A DNA stretch of 62,529 nucleotides from a virus (lineage: Duplodnaviria > Caudoviricetes), in the IMG/VR virus record IMGVR_UViG_3300017707_001200, positions 1 through 62,529 of that record. One strand, written 5' to 3'. Below are positions 38,770-49,186 of this stretch, piece by piece. Made by a program: the position numbers and the translations under genes. Under the pieces are notes generated by a model. That model was given only the letters and a program-made list of their open reading frames with translations, searched no databases and had not been told where the DNA came from. Each line of letters opens with the position of its first letter. Position 1 is the first letter of the stretch.

Positions 38770-40362
38770 GTGACTAATTGGGACCAGGCAACTTACGAAG
38801 CTCTTCAGGAGGACATTCGGGTGCCTGAGGTGATCCCGAACGAGTCATTGATCCGTGAAATTGCTACGCTCCAGAACAAGAACGAAGTCCTTGAAGAGTC
38901 CATCGCTGAAGTTCGCGCGATGATGAACTACGAGGACATGGGCTGGCAGTTGATTGCCGGTATTACCGCAGGTGACCGTCTAGAGGGACTAGACATCGAT
39001 GAGGTCCAGTCGATTGCGGAAAAAATTTCTCCCCGTGTTGCCGCAGGCTCTCTTGTCAAGCGCGCCGTTGACCTCCACTCCGGATTCGCCTTCGGTCGGG
39101 GGATGTACATTGAGGGCACGGAGAAGCCGAAGAAGGCCGGTGCCCCAAAGGCTATTCGAAAGTTCTTTATAGACCGGACCAACCAGGAGTCCATTTTTGG
39201 GGACGCCGCTCACGAAGAGCTTCAGAAGGCTCGATTCATTACAGGTAACGTTCTGGTGGTTTGCAATACAAAGACGAAAAAGGTAGACCGAATCCCCTTC
39301 AACCAGATTATCGGCGTGAAGGTCGATAAGGAGTTCCCTGAGAAGGTCATTGCCTATCAGCGCAAATGGGACACTCAGGACGGGTCGACCAACAGCGTCA
39401 GGACGCTCTGGTACTACACCGCGCGATTTGAGGGCACTCGTCAGAAGTCGTTCACCAAAAACCGTGAGACCGTGCCCGTTGCAGAAAACTCAACGATTGT
39501 TGACCTCCGCGTAAACCGTCAGGTCGGTCACGTTCTCGGTATCCCGGACGGTCTCGCTGGATTGGCGTGGAGCGAGGCATACGGCCAGATTATGCAATAT
39601 GGTCAGGTGGTCAACGAGTCTCTCGCTAAGATTCTCTTCAAGGTCACGAATAAGACTAAGCAGGGTGTTCAGTCCACGGGCGTCAAGGTCTCCAGCTTTA
39701 ACGACCACGGTGGCACGGCGTCTATGGTGGAGGGTCAAGACCTCACGGCGGTTTCTACCGCAGGCCGGGGCTATGACTTCAGTCAGGCACGACCTGTCGC
39801 GGCGATGGCGGCGGCAGCGTGGAACGTGTCGAACATGGACCTCCTCAACGATTCCTCAGCGGCAGGCTCTTCCTACGGTTCAGCTCAAGCCCTTGTAGGC
39901 GGTAACCGTAACGCCATGCTCCTTATGCAGAAGGAGTGGGCTGACTTCTACAAGGACATCTTTGACGCAATGGGCTATGACCGCCCCTCTATCGTCTTCG
40001 AGCCTTTCGATGCCCCGGACCAGTACCGCGCTATGCAGGCTCTCCGCCTTGCGGCCACCGAGCTTCAGCCTGTGGAGCGTCGTCGTGCGGCCCTTGACAT
40101 CATGGACATTGTGGGTGACCCCGAAGAGGTTCCTGAGTCTATGAAGTTGGAGCTTGACGCGGCGAAGGCGGCCGTGCAGACTGCGGCTCCAGACCAAGGG
40201 AAATCGACAGGTGTTGGCCCCGGAGCGGGTCAAGGGGCTAACGACCAACGATCCGATTCTATTGCGGACCAGGCAGAATCGATCCGGCGCGAGATGTCTT
40301 TGGAAAATCTTGCTGAAAGGCTCGAAAATGCACTTTCGCGTATTGAAGGCATGGTAGGCTAA
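38770..40362 (+). CDS. Portal protein
   Basis: 530 aa directly after terminase (synteny, size). Confidence 0.85.
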   Translation: MTNWDQATYEALQEDIRVPEVIPNESLIREIATLQNKNEVLEESIAEVRAMMNYEDMGWQLIAGITAGDRLEGLDIDEVQSIAEKISPRVAAGSLVKRAVDLHSGFAFGRGMYIEGTEKPKKAGAPKAIRKFFIDRTNQESIFGDAAHEELQKARFITGNVLVVCNTKTKKVDRIPFNQIIGVKVDKEFPEKVIAYQRKWDTQDGSTNSVRTLWYYTARFEGTRQKSFTKNRETVPVAENSTIVDLRVNRQVGHVLGIPDGLAGLAWSEAYGQIMQYGQVVNESLAKILFKVTNKTKQGVQSTGVKVSSFNDHGGTASMVEGQDLTAVSTAGRGYDFSQARPVAAMAAAAWNVSNMDLLNDSSAAGSSYGSAQALVGGNRNAMLLMQKEWADFYKDIFDAMGYDRPSIVFEPFDAPDQYRAMQALRLAATELQPVERRRAALDIMDIVGDPEEVPESMKLELDAAKAAVQTAAPDQGKSTGVGPGAGQGANDQRSDSIADQAESIRREMSLENLAERLENALSRIEGMVG

Positions 40363-40428
40363 GAGCATAAGAACGCCCCCGCAACGCTGTGAACGTTCGG
40401 GGGCCTGACCGACTGAAAAGGAGTCGAT

Positions 40429-41025
40429 ATGACAAGTGTAACACGAGTCTGCCGAGTCGAGGGGTGTGGACGACCCTTTAACTGTCGAGACCTCTGCAAA
40501 ACCCATGGAGAACGGGAGAGGAAGGGTCTTTCAGTTGACGACTATGTTGTCCGGGTACGCAACCCCGCTCAGGGTTGCTCTGTCCCCAAGTGCAGTCGAT
40601 CTCATCATGCCAAGCGACTTTGCTATAAGCACTACATGAGGGATTACTCCGGCGTCGTTCTTGATAGCTTTGAGAGAGACCTAACTCGTTATCAGGGTCG
40701 AAAGTGTTTCGTGTCAGAGTGCGATAACTCAGCGGGTGGCGAAAGGGGTCTCTGTAAGTGGCATACTAATTGGTCGGGGAAATATGGGTTCAGTGTTGTA
40801 CAAGCTCTTCACATCTTGAACTCGCCCACGCTTTGCGACATCTGCTCATCCTCGCTCTCTAACAGTAATATCAACGTGGATCACGACCATTCATGTTGCC
40901 CCGGGCAACAAACGTGCGGTGACTGTCTCCGCGGACTTCTCTGCCGAGGTTGTAATCGCGCATTGGGGTCGTTTTCAGAAAGTAAGGAGAATGTCCGTAA
41001 GGCCCTTGCATATCTTGGAGGATGA
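40429..41025 (+). CDS. Endonuclease VII-family nuclease with three Cys/His repeats
   Basis: VDHDHSCCPG..TCGDCLRGLLCRGCNRALG. Confidence 0.88.
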   Translation: MTSVTRVCRVEGCGRPFNCRDLCKTHGERERKGLSVDDYVVRVRNPAQGCSVPKCSRSHHAKRLCYKHYMRDYSGVVLDSFERDLTRYQGRKCFVSECDNSAGGERGLCKWHTNWSGKYGFSVVQALHILNSPTLCDICSSSLSNSNINVDHDHSCCPGQQTCGDCLRGLLCRGCNRALGSFSESKENVRKALAYLGG

Positions 41026-41066
41026 ATTCAGCCCATTTCCAGAATGCTGATAGAATAGAAAGTGCA

Positions 41067-41984
41067 ATGAAAAAGCACCTACTTGAAGCCGCTACGCTGG
41101 TTGAAGCCGATACTGAGGCCGAGACCTGGAAAGTGCGCTTGATTAATGAGGGTCGAGGAAGTTCGGGCGTCTATTCGGCTCAGCTTCTCGAAGACTATGG
41201 TCACGCCTTCAACGGCGCTATCTCCTTTCTGAACCACCCCGCCTCCGGGCCTGAGACCCGCAACTTTACGGAAATTGCAGGTCGCGTCCAGGGCGAGGTC
41301 TGGAAAGAGAAGGCGGAGGACGGAACTCTCGGACTCTACGCCAATTGGCGTCCGGATGATGACCACCGCGCAAAGCTTGAGCGGTACAAGGACAAGCTGG
41401 GCCTCTCAATTTACATCTCGGGATCGGGAGAGGTTGAAGACGATGGAGAGTTCCATGTTCGTGAGTTCGACGTAGAGGACCCGTTTAAGTCCGTTGATGT
41501 CGTCATCGCCGCGGGTCGTGGCGGTCGATTCGAGATCACCGAGTCTTACCGACAGATTTACGAGTCCGCACGTGTTGCGGAATCGGATGAAAAGCCAAGT
41601 GTCACCTCGGCACTGGACAAGAAGAATGGAATCCACATGGAACTGGAAGAGAAGGTCGATAAGGCCCTCGAACTCCTCGCCGGACTGGTTGCCAAGGAGC
41701 AGACCGCTCAGGCGGAGGCCGCACAGGCCGAGGCTGACAAGGACGCAGGTCGTAATGCCGTTGAGGCTTATGACGCGGCTGTCACGGCTATCGATGCCGC
41801 TGAACTTCCTGAGAAGGTTGTTGAGTCCCTCCGGAAGCAGGCTAAGGACGGTGCGGATGTCACCCCGCTCATTGAGCAGGCCAAGGAGATGAAGGTCGCC
41901 CTCTCGGAGTCGATCTCGTCTGATGCAGGTCAGGGACGAGACTTCGGTACGGGCACGCAGAGCAAGTTTGGAGCGTGGAGCTAA
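41067..41984 (+). CDS. Capsid maturation protease/scaffold
   Basis: FLNHP, GLSI, SVDVV..AGRGG; Ala/Glu-rich C-terminus. Confidence 0.85.
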   Translation: MKKHLLEAATLVEADTEAETWKVRLINEGRGSSGVYSAQLLEDYGHAFNGAISFLNHPASGPETRNFTEIAGRVQGEVWKEKAEDGTLGLYANWRPDDDHRAKLERYKDKLGLSIYISGSGEVEDDGEFHVREFDVEDPFKSVDVVIAAGRGGRFEITESYRQIYESARVAESDEKPSVTSALDKKNGIHMELEEKVDKALELLAGLVAKEQTAQAEAAQAEADKDAGRNAVEAYDAAVTAIDAAELPEKVVESLRKQAKDGADVTPLIEQAKEMKVALSESISSDAGQGRDFGTGTQSKFGAWS

Positions 41985-42412
41985 TGGCTAAGAACCTCGT
42001 ATACCGGAATAACGACCTGCTGAACCGTGTTGAGGCTCTTGCCGCAACGCATCAGCCTGGGGTTGCTGTTCTCTCGCTGGGTGGGCAGCCCGCGGTTACC
42101 GTTACTGCTTCTGGTGATGCAACCCGCACTGACTCCACCTCCTACCCGCCCTACACCATCTCGGGTATTCCGAACGGTGGAGTTGGGCTGGTTGGCAAGG
42201 AAGTTACCCTGGCCTTCGACGGCACCTGGGAGTTCCTGGCTTCGGGCATCACCGGCATCACTGCCGCTTCGCCCCAGGGCACCGTGGTTTACATCACGAG
42301 TGGTCTTGTGCTGACGAACTCCTCGTCTGGTAACACCCGCTTCGGAACGGTGGACTTCCCGCCCGATTACGACAAGACTCGCGGCTACGTGCCGATCAAG
42401 GTTGGTGCATAA
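41984..42412 (+). CDS. Capsid decoration/cement protein
   Basis: Small beta-rich ORF between protease and capsid. Confidence 0.6.
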   Translation: MAKNLVYRNNDLLNRVEALAATHQPGVAVLSLGGQPAVTVTASGDATRTDSTSYPPYTISGIPNGGVGLVGKEVTLAFDGTWEFLASGITGITAASPQGTVVYITSGLVLTNSSSGNTRFGTVDFPPDYDKTRGYVPIKVGA

Positions 42413-43551
42413 TGCCTGAGTACAAGGATCAGTTCACTCTCGACGGGCACCTGAAGCCTGCTCACCCCACCGTTACGCGCCGCAAGGTGGAAGAGGCCGA
42501 CCGCCTTCTCCAGCGGGCACTGCGTGGCGACAAGATCGCTTCCGGGCAGCTTGCGGAGGTCCACACGACCTCGGACCTGCCGTTTGTGATGGCCCACCTC
42601 ATCTCGGCTACTGCTATCCCGCAGTTCCAGGAGGCAGAGCGTAGCTGGAGCCAGGTTGCAGGCGTTCGCGTCGTCCCCACGTTCGACAAGGTTCGCCTGT
42701 TCTCGCTCTTCAGCGATGTCACTGGCGCGGGCGTTGTCAACGGCCCAGATGGCTCCACCCTCACGGGTGGTCTCCCCCGCATCCCCGAGGCAGCACCGTA
42801 CCCGTACATCACGCTTGCCGGTCAGGAAGCGTACTACAGCGGTGTTGCTAAGAACGGAGCGGCGTTCGGGAAAACTTGGGAGTCTAACGTCAACGACGTT
42901 GAGGACTTCTACGGTAATGTCCCGAATGAGCTTGTCCAGCTTGCCCTCGACACCGAAGAGCGTGAGGTTTACGACGCCCTTATCAATGGTACGACGGCTG
43001 AACTTGCGGCACAGACCCTCCCGGACGGCACTACGACCCTCCCGAACAACGCTCTCACCCCCGAGGGCATCTGGGCGGCCCTGATTCAGCTTCAGAACGT
43101 CACGGTCAACGGTAACAAGGTTGGTCGCGCGACTGGGTACAACATCGTCGTGCCCGTGGGTACCGCGGAGTTCATCCAGTGGAAGCTCAACCAGACGATC
43201 ATCGCTATCCAGGATGGTTCGATCACCTTCGGCCCCGGCGACCGTTCGGCCCTCAACGGCATCACCATCGTTGAGTCGGCTTACGTCACCGGCACCAACT
43301 GGTACGTTCTCCCGAAGCCTGGCGCGATTCGTCGCCCTGTGCTGGAGCTTGCTCGCCTTCGTGGCTACGAGACCCCGGAACTGCGGGCGCGTGGAAACAC
43401 GGGCGTCTACCTCGGCTCATCCGCTGTGGTCCCCTTCAACGAGGGTTCCTGGGAAAATGACACCATCGACTACCGTATCCGGTACGTTGCTGGCGGAATT
43501 ATGTGGAGCACCGCATACTCCCTGAAGTCTGACGGTACGGGCGAGGCGTAA
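42412..43551 (+). CDS. Major capsid protein
   Basis: 379 aa, strong codon bias, TTSDLP motif, followed by terminator. Confidence 0.88.
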   Translation: MPEYKDQFTLDGHLKPAHPTVTRRKVEEADRLLQRALRGDKIASGQLAEVHTTSDLPFVMAHLISATAIPQFQEAERSWSQVAGVRVVPTFDKVRLFSLFSDVTGAGVVNGPDGSTLTGGLPRIPEAAPYPYITLAGQEAYYSGVAKNGAAFGKTWESNVNDVEDFYGNVPNELVQLALDTEEREVYDALINGTTAELAAQTLPDGTTTLPNNALTPEGIWAALIQLQNVTVNGNKVGRATGYNIVVPVGTAEFIQWKLNQTIIAIQDGSITFGPGDRSALNGITIVESAYVTGTNWYVLPKPGAIRRPVLELARLRGYETPELRARGNTGVYLGSSAVVPFNEGSWENDTIDYRIRYVAGGIMWSTAYSLKSDGTGEA

Positions 43552-43569
43552 GCTTAACCCATAAACACA

Positions 43570-43600
43570 GCCCCCGGCGCTTTCACAGGTCGGGGGTTTT
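43570..43600 (+). terminator. Intrinsic terminator after the capsid gene
   Basis: GCCCCCGGC/GTCGGGGGT-TTT. Confidence 0.75.
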
Positions 43601-43652
43601 GTGTACCCGCCTGGTAGAATAGAGGTTAGGACTTCTTTCGAAAGGAACCCCA

Positions 43653-43874
43653 ATGGCCGATCCCCGTCCGATCACTCTGACGAGTGGCACGAACCCTAAC
43701 CCCGCGTTTACGCCTGAGCCTGTTATTGTCGTTGGTGGACTCCCCACTAAGACGCAGGTTGCGGCACTTACGCCCGTTGCCACGGCAGATGCAACAGACC
43801 TCCCCACTGCTATCGCTCTCGCCAACGCCAACAAGGCTAAGATCAACGCAATCATCACTGCTCTGAAGGCGTAA
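43653..43874 (+). CDS. Small head fiber/decoration protein
   Basis: ATDLPTAIALANANKAKINAIITALK motif. Confidence 0.6.
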   Translation: MADPRPITLTSGTNPNPAFTPEPVIVVGGLPTKTQVAALTPVATADATDLPTAIALANANKAKINAIITALKA

Positions 43875-43876
43875 TC

Positions 43877-44647
43877 ATGGCTCAGCCCAGACCTGTATCG
43901 CTGACGCAAGTTGACGCACAGGGCTACGAGGGGGCGTTTGAGCCTGAACCGCTTCTCATTGTCGGACCTGTCCCCGGAGGCGGGGGTGGGGGCGGTGGCG
44001 ACGTTGCCTCCGTCAACGGAAAAACCGGAACCGTTGTTCTTTCGGCCTCTGACGTAGGAGCGGCACCTACAAACCATACTCAGGCCATTTCTACGGTCAC
44101 TGGTCTGGAAAGCGCTCTCGCCGGTAAGGCCACTACCGCAGACCTCGACAACACCTTCGGGATCGCCACAGAGGCTCACACCATTGCCGACGAGGCGCTG
44201 GGTAAGGCCAACACCGCGGTTCAGCCTGCCGCTCTTGCAAGCTATGTTCCCAACACGCGCACTGTGGCGGGGAAGCCTCTTTCGTCCAATGTCGCGCTGG
44301 ACAAAATTGATGTCGGTCTTTCTAACGTGGACAACATCTCTGCGGCGAATATGCCTGTTTCCACGGCTCAGCAGACTGCTCTCGATGCAAAGGTTCCCAC
44401 CTCCCGGACAGTGGCAGGTAAAGCCCTCACAGCCGATGTAACGCTCGCAAAGGGCGATGTGGGCCTCGGTAACGTAGACAACACCTCGGATGCGAATAAG
44501 CCGGTCTCTACCGCTCAGGCTACAGCGATCAATGCTAAAGTCGGCTCCCCGAACTCCACAATCACCGGACTCGCTTACTACCCCACCGTCGCATCCCTCC
44601 CGGCAACGGGTGTCGCAGGAGTTATCTACTACGTAGACGCGGTGTAG
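43877..44647 (+). CDS. Fiber-like virion protein with internal repeats
   Basis: SVNGKTG; two RTVAGK..DVGLxNVDNxSxAN.PVSTAQ repeats. Confidence 0.7.
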   Translation: MAQPRPVSLTQVDAQGYEGAFEPEPLLIVGPVPGGGGGGGGDVASVNGKTGTVVLSASDVGAAPTNHTQAISTVTGLESALAGKATTADLDNTFGIATEAHTIADEALGKANTAVQPAALASYVPNTRTVAGKPLSSNVALDKIDVGLSNVDNISAANMPVSTAQQTALDAKVPTSRTVAGKALTADVTLAKGDVGLGNVDNTSDANKPVSTAQATAINAKVGSPNSTITGLAYYPTVASLPATGVAGVIYYVDAV

Positions 44648-44649
44648 TC

Positions 44650-46383
44650 GTGGGGGTCTATCGTTGGGATACGGGCCAATCCCTGTATGTCAACTTGCGG
44701 GACGGCTCCACCTATACCCCGGGTGGGGCGGGTGTTCAGGTTGGGTCAGCCCCGTTGGGAACGACTAACTACTCCTACCCCGGGGATGCGATGTTCGTGT
44801 CACCCTCAGGTAATAACTCCAACCCTGGCACCCTTCTCTCCCCTAAGCAGACCATCGCCGCGGCTTTCTCAGCGATCTCGGCGGGCGGGACCATTGTTGC
44901 CCGGGCGGGACTGTATCACGAGCAGATAAACTTCAACAAATCGGTCACTCTCCAGGCGTACCCCGGGGAAGTGGTGTGGATGGATGGATCAACGGTCTAC
45001 GCGGGGTGGACCGGCACGGGGCCGTGGACAAGTGCTTTGGGACCAGATTGGGAGCCTATCGATTCCGACCGGTATGCCCATCCCGACGACCCGTATGCCA
45101 ATCTCCCCGAACAGGTATGGGTCGATGGCGTAGCTCTGAAGCAGATAGCCGACGGCGCTACCCCTGCAACGGGTCAATTCTCTGTAAATCGAACAAGTCA
45201 GACCATAACGATTGGCACGAGCCCCGCGGGGAAAGAGATTCGTGTATCCGACCTCCGGTACGCAGGCGTGTTCTCGGCTCAATGCAACGTTTACGGAATT
45301 GGCCTTCGCCGCTACTCCCCTGAAGAGATGGAGGGTATCTCAGGGCTTGTGTACTTCGGAGGTACCTCCCAGAACTCGATCATCGAGAATTGCGTGTTCC
45401 AGGATTCCGGGGTCCACGGCCTGTCTACCGCCCGAAAGATCACCCTCCGAAACATCACTGTTCAGGACTGTATGCAATCTGGCATTCAGGCCACCACGGC
45501 TAATCAACTCCTTGTGGAGAAATTCGTCATCCGCCGGGTCAACCGAGGACTATGGAACTTCCAGCCCATCACCGCAGGGATCAAGGTAACCAAGTCCGAT
45601 CAGGTCATCATCCGGCACGGATTGGTCTCGGATGTTCCTAATGCAGCGGGCGTATGGTTTGACACGTTTGTACCCCGTCACTTTGTGGGGAATGTTCATG
45701 TGGACGGGGCTACAGCACTGGCGGATCAGATGGAGGTGGGTCTGCACCCTGAAGGTGCTGATGGAGGCAAGTTCTCGGGAACTCAGTACAAGGGCTATTT
45801 CGTAAGCTGTAGCGTGAAGAACACCAAGAACTCGGTGAAGATTCTGGACTCCGGATGGATTGAGGTCTGGAACTGCGACATTAGCGCCTATAGTAGCGTG
45901 GGAATGTATCTCCAGCAGGACGACCGCAGGAATGATGGAACCAAGCCTGGAGAGGGAACTATTGACGAGTCGCCATGGTTGACGTTGAACAACTCCCTGA
46001 TAAACAACAAGATCGGACAGGGCGGTCTTCAGGTGATCGCCTATCAAGACCCCGTAAACTGGACACCCGCCCAGTTGGGGTGGGACGCCTTTGAGCTTGT
46101 GCAGGGTAACTGGTTCGCTCCCGCGCCTCCTGGATCGATGTTCCAATTGGGTAAGGCGGATGGGACGCGCAACTCTTACAACTCTCTCGCTACTCTGGAA
46201 TCAAGCCCGTCTACTGTGGGGGGCCCCCCTGGTGGGAAGCTTGGAGCGAACTATCAGGGATCAACGACACCCTCAAACTCCATGACAGCCCCCCTTCCGT
46301 CCAACTTGGCTACTCTTCTGGGGATTACCGCAGGTACGCAAAAGGTAGGACTTCTTATGCCAATCCCTACCGCCACATTCTAG
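44650..46383 (+). CDS. Right-handed beta-helix (pectin lyase-like) protein
   Basis: FVSPSGNNSNPGT...PKQTI...AGLYHE...LQAYPGE; parallel beta-helix repeats. Confidence 0.8.
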   Translation: MGVYRWDTGQSLYVNLRDGSTYTPGGAGVQVGSAPLGTTNYSYPGDAMFVSPSGNNSNPGTLLSPKQTIAAAFSAISAGGTIVARAGLYHEQINFNKSVTLQAYPGEVVWMDGSTVYAGWTGTGPWTSALGPDWEPIDSDRYAHPDDPYANLPEQVWVDGVALKQIADGATPATGQFSVNRTSQTITIGTSPAGKEIRVSDLRYAGVFSAQCNVYGIGLRRYSPEEMEGISGLVYFGGTSQNSIIENCVFQDSGVHGLSTARKITLRNITVQDCMQSGIQATTANQLLVEKFVIRRVNRGLWNFQPITAGIKVTKSDQVIIRHGLVSDVPNAAGVWFDTFVPRHFVGNVHVDGATALADQMEVGLHPEGADGGKFSGTQYKGYFVSCSVKNTKNSVKILDSGWIEVWNCDISAYSSVGMYLQQDDRRNDGTKPGEGTIDESPWLTLNNSLINNKIGQGGLQVIAYQDPVNWTPAQLGWDAFELVQGNWFAPAPPGSMFQLGKADGTRNSYNSLATLESSPSTVGGPPGGKLGANYQGSTTPSNSMTAPLPSNLATLLGITAGTQKVGLLMPIPTATF

Positions 46384-46392
46384 GAGACCATT

Positions 46393-47199
46393 ATGACTGT
46401 GCGACCATGGCTTTACGACGGACAAACCGCCGGAACCGCTATCACAGGAAGCCTCGCGGGCACGGGGGCGTACAACCCGGTTGTCGATGCGGGGGGTAGC
46501 GCGACCTATCAGACAGACACCCCGTACCAGGGAAGTTCCTACGCTCGGTTCAGTTACCCGGCATCGGGAGCTACAGGAGCATTCCAGGGCTTGTCCCCGG
46601 CGGCATCGGCGGCTCTTCATTCCTGGACACTTGCCTTCCGGCTGAGAAGTGATATCACAGCCGTTACTGTCAACTCTCAATTGGCGCAGTTCCGAACATC
46701 TGGCGGAGCGCTGTACTCTATCCGTATCGTGTGGACCACGGGTACCCCTACAATCCACCTGTTCGCAGGATCAACGGACCTCGGTCAAGTCGGCGGAGTA
46801 ACGATCAACGACGCGGGCACCACGTGGTATCGTGTGACGGGTGTTATCAATGGCACCACAGGAGCTTATGAGATTCGACTTCGATCTGGAGCGGATGACA
46901 CGCTCTATGGGTCGGCACTCACGGGAACGAATGCGGGGATGGTTGGGACCATTAACGCAGGGACCACAAGCGGTTCTGCCGGTCTTCGCGTCGGAGTTGC
47001 CGCGTCCTTTACGTCACAAGCCCTTGTTGTTGATGTCGATGATGTTCGATTCGATGATGGGGGTACAAGTGAGCTTCCAAAGCCTGGGGTAGCCGTACCG
47101 AGCACAACCTACCGGTGGAACGGATCGGCCTACGTGGCTCTCGATTCGTACCGGTGGAGTGGTTCCGCTTATGTAGCTTTGGATCGTGCTACTCCTTAA
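46393..47199 (+). CDS. Concanavalin A/LamG-like virion protein
   Basis: Beta-rich; TWYRV, DVDDVRF; terminal YRWNGSAYVALD repeat. Confidence 0.55.
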   Translation: MTVRPWLYDGQTAGTAITGSLAGTGAYNPVVDAGGSATYQTDTPYQGSSYARFSYPASGATGAFQGLSPAASAALHSWTLAFRLRSDITAVTVNSQLAQFRTSGGALYSIRIVWTTGTPTIHLFAGSTDLGQVGGVTINDAGTTWYRVTGVINGTTGAYEIRLRSGADDTLYGSALTGTNAGMVGTINAGTTSGSAGLRVGVAASFTSQALVVDVDDVRFDDGGTSELPKPGVAVPSTTYRWNGSAYVALDSYRWSGSAYVALDRATP

Positions 47200-47229
47200 A
47201 GATTATATAATCCGTGATAGACTGAAGTA

Positions 47230-47853
47230 ATGGATATTTCAGGGGAAGTTTACGGACTGTACTGTGTTTGCGACGATTGCGCGCTAGACCGTCCCGAGAG
47301 GGTGAGATACGTGGGGGTCACAGTCGAGGGCATCGAGAAGCGTCTCAGGGCACACTTGAATGAGGCGAGAGGGTCATCCCAAAAAGCCAAGGATCGGTGG
47401 ATTCGAAAGCATGGGGCTGAGAACATCCGGTCGATGCTACTGGAGACCGTTAGGACATCTCTCGATGACCTCCGTGTAGCCGAGATTTCTTGGATTGCAA
47501 AGCTTGACACGTTTGGTAATCTGAATATGACCCGCGGGGGTGACGGAATCTGGGGTTACAGGTTCGATGACGATGTCAAGGAGCGATTCCGTGAACGAAC
47601 GGCCCAGCAAATGGCGGTGAAGCACCCGCGCGCAAAACTGAATGCCTCAGACGTTTCGACCATCCTTGAAAGACTATGGGGTGGCGAGGGACCTGTAGAC
47701 ATTTCCAAAGACTACCCAGTATCGTCGTTTACTATTCAGAAGATTTCAGACGGACTCAATTGGCCTAACATTCCACGACCTATAGGGCCAAAGAACAAGC
47801 CCCTAAATGACAAGGGTTATAGGTCCTGGAGAACAAGGCGACTGGTAGACTAG
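47230..47853 (+). CDS. GIY-YIG endonuclease
   Basis: VYGL...RYVGVT...RLRAH...E..WI...NMTRGGDG. Confidence 0.85.
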   Translation: MDISGEVYGLYCVCDDCALDRPERVRYVGVTVEGIEKRLRAHLNEARGSSQKAKDRWIRKHGAENIRSMLLETVRTSLDDLRVAEISWIAKLDTFGNLNMTRGGDGIWGYRFDDDVKERFRERTAQQMAVKHPRAKLNASDVSTILERLWGGEGPVDISKDYPVSSFTIQKISDGLNWPNIPRPIGPKNKPLNDKGYRSWRTRRLVD

Positions 47854-47877
47854 AATAGTACCTTGATTGGAGATCGC

Positions 47878-48342
47878 ATGGAGTACCCAGACGGAAATCC
47901 GGGGGAATGGCCCGTAGACCTCGCTTCCGATGCCGGACGGTTCCGGGCCTTGACAGGCGACCTCAACGCTATTGAGTACGATCCCGTAGAGCCGGGTTTC
48001 CGCTCATTCGAATTCTTTTCGGATGCAGAGATCGAAGCGTACATTGCACAGGGAGGGTCTGTCGCCCGGGGCATTGGTTATTCATACATTTACCTCGCCG
48101 CACAGGCGGCAAAAGAGTCGCTCTCGGTGCGCGACTACGATTTGCAAGTGGATCAGACTAAGCGCGCCGCCGACCTTCGAGCGATTGCACAGTTCTGGTT
48201 CGATCAAGCGGACAGTGAAGACGTTATCTCCGGGGAAGAGGCTTTCGAGATTGTCCCCACGGGCACCCGTTCAGGTCCGTTCATCCCGGAGGGAGCTATC
48301 CCTATCTACGGGCGCAAGTACACGTTGGGCCGTTGGCGGTAA
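47878..48342 (+). CDS. Head-to-tail adaptor
   Basis: RALTGD...FSDAEIEAYI motif; synteny. Confidence 0.75.
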   Translation: MEYPDGNPGEWPVDLASDAGRFRALTGDLNAIEYDPVEPGFRSFEFFSDAEIEAYIAQGGSVARGIGYSYIYLAAQAAKESLSVRDYDLQVDQTKRAADLRAIAQFWFDQADSEDVISGEEAFEIVPTGTRSGPFIPEGAIPIYGRKYTLGRWR

Positions 48343-48797
48343 TGGCATATAGCTTTGCAGTTGATAATTGGGCAGATGAAATCGCGAAGGTCTCCACTCA
48401 GCCCCAGTATCAGCGCGCCATTATTCGTATCGAAGACTCTTCCCTTCTTACGCAGTCGGACTATGACCTTGAGACGGGGGAGTGGACGTTCGAAGGAGAC
48501 CCGGTAATCTACCCTGTAGGCGATGAGGACGGAAGAGCACGTATCATCGGAGTACGGTGGGGCGTGCAGTCCGGCGGCGAATCCCAGGCTAATGCCACCA
48601 CGATCTCTGCTATCCGTGTTCAGATTCCTCAGCACGCCGTAGGTCGGGTGAAGAAGGGTTGCAAGGTGTTCGTGGAATCTGCACCCAACCTCGTGCTTTC
48701 CTCATACATCTTCACCGTGACGAGCGACATGCAGGGTTCATCCCCCGCTGCCCGGACCTTTGAGTGCTCTCTTGACATCGACGTTAAGGTGGCCTAA
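48342..48797 (+). CDS. Head-to-tail stopper-like protein
   Basis: Synteny; Y..G.ARI pattern. Confidence 0.55.
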   Translation: MAYSFAVDNWADEIAKVSTQPQYQRAIIRIEDSSLLTQSDYDLETGEWTFEGDPVIYPVGDEDGRARIIGVRWGVQSGGESQANATTISAIRVQIPQHAVGRVKKGCKVFVESAPNLVLSSYIFTVTSDMQGSSPAARTFECSLDIDVKVA

Positions 48798-49186
48798 TGG
48801 TAAGTTTTGAGCAGGCCGCAGGCGGATGGTTCGAAGCCAAGGTGAATGAGATCAACCGCCGCAATTTCGCCTCCCTACGTAACGCGATGAAAGACGGGGA
48901 AGAAATCACTCGGACCTTTATTGCAACCCGCGGTACAGAGAAGTCGGGCAAGCAGGGCCGTGTCGATACGGGGAAGATGCTGGAGTCCGTAGACAGCGAG
49001 ACGAAACTTGAAAGCCGTGATGAAGCTGTGGGACGTTTCGGATGGACTGACAAGACGCCTTTTTACGCCAAATACCAAGAGCCGGGTACTAAGTACATCG
49101 CCCCTATGTATGCGCTTACGGATGCCGCCGAGATCGTCTTGGATGAACTGATTAAAGACATCTCAGATAACATGAAGGGTGCGTAA
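48797..49186 (+). CDS. HK97 gp10-like tail completion protein
   Basis: RVDTGKMLES...YAKYQEPGT. Confidence 0.7.
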   Translation: MVSFEQAAGGWFEAKVNEINRRNFASLRNAMKDGEEITRTFIATRGTEKSGKQGRVDTGKMLESVDSETKLESRDEAVGRFGWTDKTPFYAKYQEPGTKYIAPMYALTDAAEIVLDELIKDISDNMKGA

